Source: Camelus ferus
Taxonomy: Eukaryota
Direction of reading: 5' to 3'
NCBI RefSeq assembly: GCF_009834535.1
Contig: NC_045704.1
Span: 16,616,001-16,680,000, forward strand
Length of the DNA stretch: 64,000 nucleotides
Part shown: piece by piece, positions 35,981 to 48,333 of the stretch
Layout of the letters: each line of letters begins with the position of its first letter
Position numbering within the stretch: the first letter of the stretch is position 1
Translations under genes and position numbers: made by a program
Notes under the pieces: model-generated
What the model was told of the DNA's origin: nothing
Database searches by the model: none
What the model saw: the letters and a program-made list of their open reading frames with translations, nothing else

Positions 35981-38900
35981 GTCTCTACATTTCACCTGCT
36001 CAGCCACTCTTTCCCAAACCCTCCCCAGTCCCTTTTTCCAGGCACCATCCCCATGACGACTCCAGGCTGTCTTCACAGTTTAAAGGGCCAGTGCCCCAGC
36101 CCCAAAATCTCAGCCCCTCTCTGACCAGAAAGTCCTGCCTCACCACCCCCCAACCCTGAAACAAAAGCTCATGGGACATTAATATTCCAGGCACAGGCAC
36201 TGTTGGTTACTGACTCCTCAGGAGGGGGAGGGAATAAGACAAAAGCCCCCCACCCTCACCCCATGTGCACCCTCAAGTAGAGAGCAGGGGATTCATTGGG
36301 GAGGGGGGCGATCCAGAGGTCCTGACGACTCCCAAGATATGTTGAGTTTCTGCTACTGACTTGCCTGGGACCCTTGAGCCTCATTCTCCACATCTGTAAA
36401 ATGGAGGGGCTAGCATTGGGTTAGCCCTGGGGTCCAGTGTCCATGGATAGGCTTCAAAATGTTTTTTAAAGGCACCAGAATGTTCAGGCAGGCCGGTTTG
36501 CATGTGGATGGGCACATTTCTGGGGGTTGTAATAACAGCAGCTTTGCACAGAGGGCTTCCCGAACTTCAAGTCCTGGACTCATCCTTGTGAGTCGGGCAC
36601 TGGCATCATCCCCAGTTTACAGACAGGGCATCAGAGGCTCAGGAAGCTTAGGCCACTTGCCCCAGGTCACACAGATGGCAAGTGGTCCTGCTGGGATCAA
36701 CCCAGGTGTTTAAGATGATGTCACAAAGCCATTGTGAGGCTGAAATAAGATCCTGCCTGACACTGGCGATTCATGTGTCAACCTCCCCAGACTTTTATCA
36801 ACTGCCAGGCATACTGCTAGGTGCCAGGGTGCCACAGTAAACTCCATGGATTACATCCCTGCCTTCATGGGGTGTATATTCGAGTTATGGGGAACAAACA
36901 GACAATAAACACATACGCAAATTAATAAAATAATTTCAATGAAATTTCCAAGGAGATAAAACAGTGGTGATGAAATAGAAAGTATTCTGGAGGTAAAGGT
37001 GCAGGGAGTGAGAGAAGGCCTATCTCCTAATGAGAACAGGAGGCAGTCCTGGGGCAATCAAGGGGGGAGAACATTCTAGGCAGAGGGAAGAGCAAGTGCA
37101 AAGGCCTTGAGGTCGAAACATGCTCAGCATGTTTGAAGAACATTAAGGCCAGTGACCCTGTAGTAAAGCAAATATTGAGAAGGTGGTCGGAACTGTGGTG
37201 GGAGAGGGGCCAGGCCACAAAACACCTTGAAGGCCCAAGGAAGGAATCTCGATTTTATTCTAAGTGTAACCAGTAGCCCTCAGGGTGTTGTAAGCAGAGA
37301 GGTGACTTCATCTGATTTACCTTCTTGAAAAACCCATCCAGCTGCTGTGTTGAGAATGGTCTGGGGAGAGGCAGATATGGAAGCAGGGAGACTCATGTGT
37401 AGCTCTTGAAGTTCCAGGTAAGAGATGGTGTCGATGGACTCGGTGATGATAAATGAGGTAGACAAAGGTGAATAGGTTTGGAATATGTTTTGGAAATAGA
37501 ATGGATAGATCTTGCTAATGGAATGGATGTTAGAGGTGAGGGGAAGGGTGAGAACTTGAATGATTTCTAGGGTTTTTGGCCCGAGCAACCAGGTAGATGG
37601 TTGTGACATTTACTGAGATGGAGAAAACATGGGGAGGAAAATATCTGGGGCAAGGATTGGACATGTTAAGCTTGATATTCTGGGAAGTGCTAGATAAACC
37701 CGTAATGGTGGCTTAAATTCACAAAACATTATATTCAAAGATAAAAGAATCTGGAAGTAGGCATCCGGGGATTTTCTGGTCTCTCCACATTATCACCAGA
37801 GACCCAGGTACCTTTCAGCTCTTGGTTCCAGCAACTCCATCACATGCTAGTTCCAGGCAGCACCAAGGTGACCTGGTGAAAAAAGGACTTGTCCCTTCCT
37901 TTAGGAAGTCCTCCCCAGGTTACCACATGACACTTTCCCATATATCCAATTGGACAAAACTTTATCACGTGGCCTCACTTAGCTGCAAGGGAGTCTGGGA
38001 ATTTTTGCTTTCTGCTGAATATAAGTCAACCATAAAACACAACCAGGATTTTCTTACTAGAGAAAGGGAGGGATGCATCCTGGGTAGGAAGCTAGCTGTC
38101 TCTGCCTCCTCCTCCCCCCAGAATTAATCATTTCTGCCCCTCATTCCCCAAATCAGGTTACCTATTCCTCTTACAGGGAACATAACACTTCTGATGGGCT
38201 GTTACAGTGATTTGTGTCTACCTCCCCATAAATCTTGAAGGCCTTCCAGGACAGGGACCTCATCTGACTCATCTTTGGGCACCCAGCTCCTGAAAAGCTC
38301 CTCACTGCTCAGGAAATACTCCAATGAATGAATGAGACAGAATATGAGAAACATAGAACAATAGTTATCCAGCATTTAAAAGGGAGTAACCAGATCTGAC
38401 CAAGGCTCTTTCTTGCTTTAATTCCACCACTGGCCTTCAGGATAAAAGCAAATCTCCTAGCTTTTGGCATTTGAGGCTTTTCCCAAGTACATCCTACGAC
38501 CCCTTATCAATGCTGGACACTTTTCACCTGGACAACCAGGCATGGATGTGGATGCAGGACATGGAATCAGAAATATGTAGATGCAGATCCCGGCTCTGCC
38601 ACTTTCAGGCTGTGACCTTGGCCAAGTCATTTTCTCTCTCTGGATCAGTTTCCTCATCTATAAAATGGGAACTGGGAAAAACCTGGGGATTGATCATAGT
38701 GCCTCCCTTGTTTAGGTACTGTGATGATTAAATGGAAATTATATAGGTAATGCCCTTAGCACAAAGCCTGGAACGGGAAATGCCTAATAGACAGTAGCTA
38801 TTACGGTTATTGTTGTTTGGAAGATGACAGTGACAGTGATGATGGTGATGTTGATGATGATTAATCTCAGCTTTGAGCTTTACTCTAGGCTGTTTCTTCT

Positions 38901-40146
38901 GCTGGAAACACCCCCTACTAATCCCTACCTTGTTCCTCTGGTGGATTAATCAGGGTAAGTTAACTGCTATAACAACAGCCCTGAAAGCTCAATGGCTTAA
39001 CGAAAAAGTCTATCTCTCATGCTACAATCCTGTGCAGGCAGGTCGCGGGGGGCAGGCAGTCAGGGCCCCAGGCTCCTTCCAGCTTGTGATCCTGTGCTCC
39101 TCTGGGCTCCTTGGAGTCCCCTACATTCAGCCAGCATGAATGACTGTGAGTGAGATGAGTCAGGCTGGAAGAGGTGTTTCTCTCTTCGCCTACTCCCATG
39201 GCCAGAAATCAGTCACATGGCCCCACCTAAGAACAAAGGATCCTAGGAAACGTAGCCTAATCGTGTGTTATACCAGTTAACTTTAGCCATCTTAAGAGAC
39301 CCTCCAAAACACAGTAGCTTTAAACAACAATTGTGTTATTTGTTCATGAGTCTAGAGATCAGCAATTTGGAATGGATCAGTCAGGTACTTCTCTTGGTCT
39401 CAGCTGGGGTCAGTCATGTGGCTGCAGTCACCTAGTGGTGCCACTGGGGCTGGTTGGTCCAGGATGGCCCCAGTCACGTGGTTATCTCTCTCCGATATGC
39501 TTAGTCTGGGCATCTTCACCTGACAGTGTCAGGGCAGCAAGAGGGCATGAGTGGAAGCTGCAAGGTCTCTTGAGACCTAGGCTCCAGGACTCATATGATG
39601 TTACTTCTAGCAAATTCTGTTGGTCGAAGCAAATTGCACGGCCTCCCCGGATTTGCAGGGTCAGAGTGCCTCCTTAATGAGAAGAGCAGCAAAGTTAACT
39701 TACAAAGGTCACGTACAGGGACCAGGAGAAGAGTGTGGCCATCTCTGCAGACAAGCTACATCATGTGCTCAGGTGTGAAAGATGGGAAGTGGTGAATACA
39801 GAGCTGTTTCCCATACCTGGTGAACTCCAGCTCACTCTTTAAAATGTGGCTCCAGTATTTTCTTCCAGAACCTCCTCTGACCACCCGTCTCCCTAGGCAG
39901 TCTTAGTCTCTGCTTCCTCTGGGCTCCCAGTGTGCCCTGTGCTGCCCCCATTAGGGCACATACCATTCTAGAGCAGGTTTTCTCCATCTCCTGGACTCCA
40001 GCCTGTGGGATATGTTGGGTGTGATGAACTGAAGGAGAGGGGAAGGACAGGGATTTGAGGTTTGGATGGGAGAGGACCAAAGGGAGAGAGACAAGAATGA
40101 ATTGCAGCCCTCAGTGAGTCTCCTGTTTCTCTGTCTACTGGTCCAG

Positions 40147-40293
40147 GGGCAGGACAGGAAGTACAGACAGAGAATGTGACAGTGGCTGAGGGTGGGGTGG
40201 CCGAGATAACCTGCCGTCTGCACCAGTATGATGGATCCATAGTTGTCATTCAGAACCCAGCCCGACAGACCCTCTTCTTCAATGGTACCCGTG
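40147..40293 (+). CDS. CADM4: CADM4 exon 2
   Basis: AGQEVQTENVTVAEGGVAEITCRLHQYDGSIVVIQNPARQTLFFNGTR. Confidence 0.97.
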
Positions 40294-43200
40294 GTGAGTG
40301 CTGGAGTCTGGAATCCTGAGTCTTGAAGGAGAGGGCTGGGGCCTGACAGAGGACAGAGCCGAGACTCTGGGCTCCTGGGCCTGAGGGAGGAGCGGGCTGG
40401 GGACCTGGACTCCTGGTCCTGTGGATGGGAGGGCTTGAAACCTTCTGGGTCTCCAAGGGAATAACTAGGTTACTCAAAGGGAGTAACTTTAGATGCATAG
40501 GTATGGTTGGAGAAAAGAGGCAGAGGGCTGAACTCTAAGCTCCTGGAGGGAGGGTGGGACTTCTGAGGTCAGAATTCCCCAAGTTCACTCTTGCTTGTTC
40601 ACTCTCTAGCCCTGAAGGACGAGCGTTTCCAGCTTGAGGAGTTCTCCCCGCGCCGGGTACGGATCCGGCTCTCAGATGCGCGCCTGGAGGATGAAGGGGG
40701 CTACTTCTGCCAGCTCTACACGGAGGATACCCACCACCAGATTGCCACGCTCACTGTACTGGGTAACGGCCTCCCCCTCCTCGGACTCATTCCCTTCTTC
40801 CTTTCTCCTCTGCTTATCCCTTATCTTGAGACCTGACCCTGTTTTTAACCTCCTGGACATCTAGTCCCTGTGAATATGGCCGGCCTTCCTGACCTCTGGC
40901 CTCTGTGTTTGACCCCTGCCACCTGGGACCCTTGTTCCCTTTGGTGCCTGGGATCCCGCAGCCTGGTTACTTTGAGCTCATCTCAGTGCTTCCTCTGACC
41001 CCCGCCCCCCCCCTCCCCGCCTTTGCCCTCTTCCCCCTGCGCCAGTGGCCCCCGAGAATCCGGTAGTGGAGGTCCGGGAACAGGCGGTGGAGGGCGGCGA
41101 GGTGGAGCTCAGCTGCCTCGTTCCACGGTCCCGCCCGGCCGCGGTCCTGCGCTGGTACCGGGACCGCAAGGAACTGAAAGGTACTACCGGGTGTGGGGCG
41201 GAGTGGGGAGGTGCCAGAGAAGGGCGGGACTTGAGAGGAGGCGGGGTTCAAGGAGGTGTGGCTGGAGGGAAGGCTCGTTTATTTGTGGGCGGGGCTTGGA
41301 GGCGAGTGCATAGGTTTGGCAGATACTAGCCCCTCAATATATAGCTATTGAATAAATTGATGAGAGGGCGTGGAGTGAAAGAGAGGAGCTTTGGGAAGGG
41401 GCACGTGGGGTTGTGGGCTTCATTCGGGGAGGGACGTGGTTTGGAGGACTAGAGGCTAAGGCTGTGGATAAGGGGCGGAGCCTGGCAAATAGCCTGCTTT
41501 GGGATTGGCTGAGGGGCACTTTGTTCCTTCCCCGTGGAGGCAGAATCCCGGCCTGACAGTGTCTGGGCGGGGCTTGGCAGGGGTGACTAGCGGCCAGGAA
41601 AGTGGCAAGGTCTGGAGCGTGGCGAGCACAGTGCGGTTTCGTGTGGACCGCAAGGACGACGGCGGTATCGTTATCTGCGAGGCGCAGAACCAGGCGCTGC
41701 CTGCCGGACACAGCAAGCAGACGCAGTATGTGCTGGACGTGCAGTGTAAGTGCCCGGCGAGCTGGGACCTGGGAGAGCGAGGGTCCCAACACCAGCTGTC
41801 CGCCCTCGGGAAACTTCCGAGTCTCTCATGATGACCCGGACAACCACTCTCCCATCTCACTTCTGCCCACAGACTCCCCCACCGCCCGGATTCATGCCTC
41901 CCAAGCTGTGGTGAGGGAGGGAGACACGCTAGTGCTGACGTGCGCTGTTACGGGGAACCCCAGGTGAGATCTGGGACCTGAGACTACTGGGTCTTGAGGA
42001 GACTAGGACTGGGGGACCTGGACACCTGTGTCTCAGGAAAGAGAGGACTGGATGAACAGAGGGGGCTGGGGCCCGCACTTCTGAGTCCTGAGAGAGGAAG
42101 GGTCGGGGCGCCCAGACTCCTGGATTCTGAGGGTAGAAGGGGCTGGGGAGAGGCCAGGATTCCTGAGACCCTGGTAATGGGTGGAAGCTGGGCCCGGGAC
42201 TGTTGATTTTCTAGGAAGGAAAGGGCTAGTAGGGACCTTATTTGGAAATGCTGCATATCTAGATCCCTGAGACTTCAGAATTGGGTGCTGGCACCTGCGC
42301 CTCTAACTCTCACTATACCCCTACCCAGGCCAAACCAGATCCGCTGGAACCGCGGTAATGAGTCTTTGCCGGAGCGGGCCGAGGCAGTCGGGGAGACGCT
42401 TACGCTGCCCGGCCTGGTATCCGCAGATAATGGCACCTATACATGCGAGGCGTCAAACAAGCACGGCCACGCGAGGGCGCTCTATGTGCTCGTGGTCTAC
42501 GGTGAGGACAGGCTGCTGTCGGCCTGTGGGAAGGGCTCAGGGCAGGGGCGGGGCTTCCCGTGGTCCCCGAGATATCCTGGGTGGGGCGGGGCCTTGGGAA
42601 TGACAGGCTGGATTGGATAGTGTTTGAGACCCAGGCTTTGCAAACCGGCGACGAGCAGAAGCAACAGCCGACAGAGTTCTTACAGTTCTGGGGCCAGACT
42701 GACGGTCTGGGTTCAGATTCAGTTTTGCAGCATCCTATTGCGGGTATCTTTGCGCTTTAGTTTCCTCATCGGTAAAGTGGAAATAAACAACAGCACCTAC
42801 CTCATAGGGTTGTTGTGAAGATATGAGCTAAATATATAAAGCGGTTGGAGGCGCCTAGCACAAAATAAGTGTTAAGTATTTAGCTCTTTTGACAGTGGGG
42901 CAGGAATTTTGGAATGGCTGGGCCCTAGCTCAGCATTTTAAATACCTGGAGCGTTTTAGACAAGATGGGAAGGGGCTTGGACCTGAGGTCAAAAGAAAGG
43001 GGATGTCCTGTTTCTGTTCTCTGCGGGGTGTGGCGAGGGGAGGAGGCAGGTAGGTATTAAAATAACTCGGGGGCCGGGTCCGGCTGTGTACAAACCTACA
43101 CGCATTCCTTGAGGAAGTGGAGCATAAGAAGGAGTGAAGCCATGAGAAGGAGCCACCAGGTGGCAGTAATTTGTGGGACGTGGCACTTAATGGGGCGCAG

Positions 43201-44011
43201 TTGGATGAGACCGTCCTCTGATGACCTCGTCCTGCGCCCTGTCCTTCTGGCAGATCCCGGTGCTGTGGTAGAGGCTCAGACGTCGGTGCCCTACGCCATT
43301 GTAGGAGGCATCCTGGCGCTGCTGGTGTTTCTGATCATATGTGTGCTGGTGGGCATGGTCTGGTGCTCAGTACGGCAGAAGGGTAAGTAGGGGCGGGGTC
43401 TCGAATTCAGCGACGGGTGTGGTTGGTTGTGGGATTCGGAAAGGGGTGGGGCCTAGTACCCGAGTCTAAAGAGGGCGGGCGTAGAGCTGGGATGAGGGGG
43501 CGGAGCCTAGATCCAGGATTTGAAACCCAGCGGAACTTGAGGCCCAAATTCCAAAAGGGGCGGGTCTTTCGGGCCAAGACCCTAGAGGGGGTGAAGGGTT
43601 GAAGCTGAATTAAGTCCATGCGTTTGAATTCCTAATTGCTGAATGAGTAGGGAGCAGAGCAGGAGAATTCTACCAGGAGAACGGATAAGCGTTGAGCTTT
43701 CCGTGAACTTTTGGAGTCTTCCTAATTCTGCTTATACCTCTCTCTGTCCCTGTTTTGCTATTCCCCGGACTTGATTCCCTCTCCTTGTATGTTCCGTCTC
43801 TCTCTCTTCCTTCGTCTGATATGTCTTGTCTGTCTCCCTTGTCCAACTCCTGGGTCCACACATATATGTCGCCTTTGCCCTGGGGGCCTCTCATCCCTCA
43901 GGCTCCTATCTGACCCATGAGGCCAGTGGCCTGGATGAGCAGGGAGAAGCAAGAGAAGCCTTTCTCAATGGCAGCGATGGACACAAGAGGAAAGAAGAAT
44001 TCTTCATCTGA
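40147..44011 (+). CDS. CADM4: Cell adhesion molecule 4 (SynCAM4/Necl-4), exons 2-9
   Basis: IgV + two IgC2 domains, TM helix, 4.1-binding motif QKGSYLTHE, C-terminal EEFFI; all GT-AG. Confidence 0.98.
40305..40450 (+). repeat. 37-bp minisatellite array (~4 units), CADM4 intron 2
   Basis: ggctcctgggcctgagggaggagcgggctggggacctggactcctgg. Confidence 0.7.
40610..40762 (+). CDS. CADM4: CADM4 exon 3
   Basis: LKDERFQLEEFSPRRVRIRLSDARLEDEGGYFCQLYTEDTHHQIATLTVL. Confidence 0.97.
41046..41180 (+). CDS. CADM4: CADM4 exon 4
   Basis: APENPVVEVREQAVEGGEVELSCLVPRSRPAAVLRWYRDRKELK. Confidence 0.97.
41581..41745 (+). CDS. CADM4: CADM4 exon 5
   Basis: VTSGQESGKVWSVASTVRFRVDRKDDGGIVICEAQNQALPAGHSKQTQYVLDVQ. 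Confidence 0.97.
41873..41963 (+). CDS. CADM4: CADM4 exon 6
   Basis: SPTARIHASQAVVREGDTLVLTCAVTGNP; phase-2 donor. Confidence 0.97.
41970..42200 (+). repeat. 37-bp minisatellite array (~5 units), CADM4 intron 6
   Basis: cagactcctggattctgagggtagaaggggctgggg. Confidence 0.7.
42329..42501 (+). CDS. CADM4: CADM4 exon 7
   Basis: PNQIRWNRGNESLPERAEAVGETLTLPGLVSADNGTYTCEASNKHGHARALYVLVVY. Confidence 0.97.
43151..43169 (+). promoter_or_regulatory. Candidate CTCF site, CADM4 intron 7
   Basis: AGCCACCAGGTGGCAGTAA matches the core consensus CCACCAGRKGGCRS. Confidence 0.65.
43254..43382 (+). CDS. CADM4: CADM4 exon 8 (transmembrane)
   Basis: PGAVVEAQTSVPYAIVGGILALLVFLIICVLVGMVWCSVRQK. Confidence 0.97.
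43902..44011 (+). CDS. CADM4: CADM4 exon 9
   Basis: SYLTHEASGLDEQGEAREAFLNGSDGHKRKEEFFI*. Confidence 0.97.
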
Positions 44012-44752
44012 CCCCACCTCCACCCCAGGCCTGTGCCTGGGCTGGGGTCCACCCCACTGCCAGCTGCAAAGACATTTACCAGAGTCTGGGATGGTGGGCT
44101 TCTCCCCCCACCACTAACACCTCAGACGTTTGGGCAGGGATGGGGGTGTCAGATGCCTGGGTCTCAGCAAGGGCCAGAAGCAAGGGCCCAGAGGTCTGGG
44201 TCCCCCAGAGGGCAAGGGCCAAAGGTCCAGATCCCCCAAGTCCAGGGAGGGCAGGGCGGTAGGGATTGGGTTGGGGGAAGATAACTGGGGGAAGGCTAAG
44301 GCCCCTAGGCTGCAGAACCAGGTCTCCTGGGGAGGGATCAGATTCTGGGAAGGGTGGGGTGGGCAGGGAAAGGGAACACAGATTTCTTTGGGGGCCCCAG
44401 ACCCCATGCCAGCCATTGTAGGAGTTCCACAGAGCTCTGGGCACCTCTTTGCAAAGCCATGTTTGCACGGTGGGGTTAAGGGTGGGGGGGAGGGCGTGGA
44501 AACAGGGATTCTGTGTCTTTGTGTCATAACTTTGATGGGGGCGGTGAGGGAGACAGCCCCAACTCTTTTCTCCAATCCCCTTCCCCAGGTTCCTCGGCTC
44601 CCTTTCCTCCTCCCCCCAATCTGTCCCACCCATTTGTCTCTGTCCACCCACTCCTGGGGGGGCCTTCCCCATCTCTCCTCCAGGCCCCCCGGGGAGGGGG
44701 AAAGGAGTTTGGGGGGAGGGTGTGTTGGTCTCTATGGTTTTATATATAATAT

Positions 44753-44918
44753 ATTAAAAAAAATCAAAAATCTGTATGAAAATATCAGATTGCGACCCCT
44801 GCCCCCAATCCTGGCTTTTGCCCCCTTTTTCTTGTTAAAAAAAAAAAAAAACACATTTTGTACGGGGCGGGGAGGGGGATGGGGAGGGGGTTTGGCAATC
44901 CCACTAACCACCATTAAA
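44753..44918 (+). terminator. CADM4: CADM4 candidate poly(A) signals
   Basis: ATTAAA at 44753-44758 and 44913-44918, followed by GT-rich sequence. Confidence 0.6.
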
Positions 44919-46799
44919 CTGAGGAGAGAACAAGTGTTTGGGGTGGCTTTGTGTCTGTCCCTCTGCCCAGAGCTGCACCATGTCAACAGGGAGGGTTACT
45001 AAACTAAGGGCCGAGGGGAGTGTGATGACTGCTGATGGGCAGTATAGACCAGTAAAGGGTCCTCACTTCTCCAAGGGCACCTCCGTCCTTCCAAGAAATC
45101 TGGGTTTTTTTCTGGTCACTTTTTCAGCCAGAAGTCACCAAGTCTCCTCTCAAGTAGCTACTGAGCTACCCCACCCCCACACAATGGCCTGGACCCTTCT
45201 CCTGGCCTACTCGACCCCTGACTCAGTCTCCGGAGGAGCTTTCAATTACTCACATCTCGCCCACTAAAAACCTGTCCCTGCCCTGCTCAAAAATCTTTCC
45301 TTAGCTCCTCATCACCTCTAGTTCAAGTCAAAGCACTTTAGCCTGACATTCCAGGCCCGTCAAACATTTATCTAAATTTTAGATGAATGATTGTAATTTT
45401 AGAGTCAAAAATATATTGACCTTACTTTGTAGCAGGTGCTGTTCAAAGGACGGGAGATGCCACGATGAATAAAGGAGGCCAAAGTTAGGTGTTCCAGACA
45501 GTTTAGCATTAATCTCAAACTTGATCCTGTTCTAGGCACTGAGGACCCAAAGTGAAAAAGAAAGGGTGACTCCATTCTTACCTCCACAAAGCTTTCATGA
45601 GGAAAGCAGATTACAGCAAGGAAGCAAAAAACCAACCAACCAACCAACCTTAATTTCAGATTGCCATAAATACTATTAAGAAAATACAGAGTAATGGGGT
45701 GTGGGGGACTATTTTCTTTTAACTTGTTATTATGGAAAATTTCAAATGTACAGAAGTAGACAGGACAATGAAGTCCCATGCACTTGTCACCCCAGCTTCA
45801 ACAACCATCAACTCATGGCCAGTCCCGTTTTATCCACTACCCACTCACTTCTCTAAAGCCAATCTGGAGGAGCTATCTTAGAAAGATCGGGGAAAGCCTG
45901 TCAGACTGGTATCTGTGCCAAGGTTTGAATGATGAGCATAACATCTATTCGAAGATCAGAGGGAAAAGCATTTTCAGGCAAAAGGACAGCAAGGGCAAAA
46001 TCCTGAGATGGTAAAGAGATTGGGGTGTTTGAGGGTAAGTGGAGCTAGACAGAAGTGGATAAAGAGGAGTGTGTGTGTGGGGTGAGGGGGAGTGACGTCA
46101 GAGACGAGCAGGGTTAGACCATGTGTATGTAGCCCCTGGGCCATGACAAAAGGTTTGGATTTTTTTTTTCTAAGTGTAATGGGATCTCATTGGAGAGTTT
46201 TAAACTGGAATGAATCACTTCCAGGAAGCCTGGAATGCTGTAATAGCTTTCCTATACTTTCAGCATAAAGTCTGTGCTCTTAACTTTAAGGATAGGAGAC
46301 TTTCTCCTCTCTTTGAAGTCTAGATAAACTAAACTGCTTTCACTTCCTCAAACCAGGCAATATTTTTTCTGCCTCTAGGCCTTTGCCCTTGCTGTTCCCT
46401 CTGCCAGAAAAACTCCCATTCCAGTTGGCTTCTATTCATCCTTAGCTTAAAGACAATCATCACCTCCTGGAAGACTTTCCAGGCTGGGGCAGGTGCCTCC
46501 TCAGGTTCCCACAGCTTCCTCTGCACTACCCATCCCAAGCTCTGACCACTCTGAATTGTGGTTCTGATTGTGTGTGCATCTCCTTCCTTTGATGGGGGGG
46601 GGGGGGATGAGAGCAGGAGAATAGAGGTCGGGTATGTTAACTGCGGAAAACACAATGCCCTCTAGCACTGGGCCTAACACACAAGAGAGCAATAAATGTT
46701 TATCCTGGTTGTTGGGGGAAGGTTGTGAGGACTGGTACGAGTGTTGGCCCTTGTACCCCTTCTCCAGATGTAAGCTGATCCCAACCAAACTGAGAATAC

Positions 46800-47353
46800 T
46801 CGATTCGCGCTAGTCCGCAGTCCCTGTGCGCATGCGCCAAGGTCAGGCTTTGGCGGGGGGCCCACGCCCCTCATATGCTAATCACTGCGCTCAGGAGTAT
46901 GGCCCCTCCGGGGAATATGCAAATCAGCCCTTCCAGCGCCGGAGGCCTCCCATTGTCCCGCGCTAAGATTATGCAAATAAGCAGACTTCAAATCCAGAAT
47001 CCAGACCGAGCTAGCACCCCCACCCCCAGCGCATCCCATTTGCAGTAAGGCGCGTTCAAGCTCGCTCACGCACGCACGAGCCTTGCAGTTTCTAGTTCCG
47101 TCGAGCTGCGGACTGTACCAAGTAAACCCGGACAGCGAGGGGCAAAGCCAGGAACCCCCTGTGCGGGCCTCGTCCATGGCCCGACTTGGAGAGCCCCTCT
47201 TCCCACTGTGCTAGAGGAATGGTCTATCTCGCCGCGCAAGCGCCCTAGGCTCTTCACGCCCCTTGCACTCCCTCCTAGCCCACTTGCAGCGCAGGCGCAG
47301 AGTCCGGGCGTGCAGCCGCTGCTGCCGAGCCGGAGCGGGGGCCACCAGCGCCG
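46800..47353 (+). promoter_or_regulatory. ZNF428: ZNF428 CpG-island promoter and non-coding exon 1 (donor at 47354)
   Basis: NRF1 TGCGCATGCGC 46827-46837, octamer motifs, CCG|gtgagt donor. Confidence 0.75.
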
Positions 47354-48146
47354 GTGAGTGTTCGGGATGGAGGTGCGCGGGGCATGCTGGGACGCGGGCT
47401 CCAAGGCACCGCTGCATGATGGGAGTGACGGCTCCGGTCACCGAGGAACCGGCAGCGGTCTTGGGCCGTGATGGCCGGAGGGTGAAACCTAGGCTCCCCT
47501 TTTTACCCGCACGCAGCTCCGTGCCGCCCTGGGGCATCCTGGGAAAACGGGATGCCCTACCCTAAAGCATTGTGGGAGTCTGTCTGCTAGTCGTTATGGG
47601 CCTGGTGCATTCTGGGATTATCCCGGCTTCTTGTGGGGAACTGTCCCTTTTGTCACACACTCTCCGCTGAGCATCCTGGAAGCCTGGAGTGCTTCGACGA
47701 AGAGCGCCTTGGAAGGTGGTCATTACAGTCCCGAGGCATCCTGGGGGAAATTGCAGCAGGGCATTGTGGAGACTGGTCCTTATAGTCCTGTATAAGGTTT
47801 TGCTCTTGCCTCCTTGCCCTAGCATTGTGGGAACGAGTGCCTGTTAGGTTCGCATATGGCATCTTGTGAGTTGGTTGCTATAGGCTTAGGACATTGTGGG
47901 ATCTTGGGCACTGTGTATACTTTATGGTAGTGAGGGACCCTCATTTATGCCCCTCTAAGATCGTGGGAGCCAGTCTGGCCGCCATGTTCATTGTATGAAT
48001 GGGGCTTAGGCACCAAGGAATGCCTCCAGCCGGCATGGAATGCTCTGGAAGGAGCTTTGTGTGATGCGGGTTTGGGGAAGTGTAGGCTGGACTAGTGAGC
48101 AATGTCTCCTGGTAATCTCATTGGAAGTTCTGATTGTCCCTGGTAT

Positions 48147-48333
48147 ATGATTGCCAGTTAAAACAAAGAACACCCAGTTAAATTTGAATTTCAAATAAAC
48201 AACAAATAATTTTTAATATACCTATGTTCCATGCGATATTAGGAATGTACATTTCTAATAAACTATTTGTTTATCTGAAATTCTAATTTAACCGGGCATT
48301 GTATATTTTTATTTACTAAATCTGGCAACCTTA
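48147..48333. mobile_element. MER53 palindromic MITE
   Basis: ttgccag...cccagttaaatttgaatttcaaataaac...tttatctgaaattctaatttaaccggg...ctggcaacc self-complementary arms. Confidence 0.8.

Noticed and set aside
44076-45002. 198-290 aa ORFs over the CADM4 3'UTR
   Set aside because: G-rich UTR with few stops; no coding signature.
46093-46100. Perfect CRE (TGACGTCA) upstream of ZNF428
   Set aside because: Single 8-mer inside L2-like sequence, outside the CpG island.
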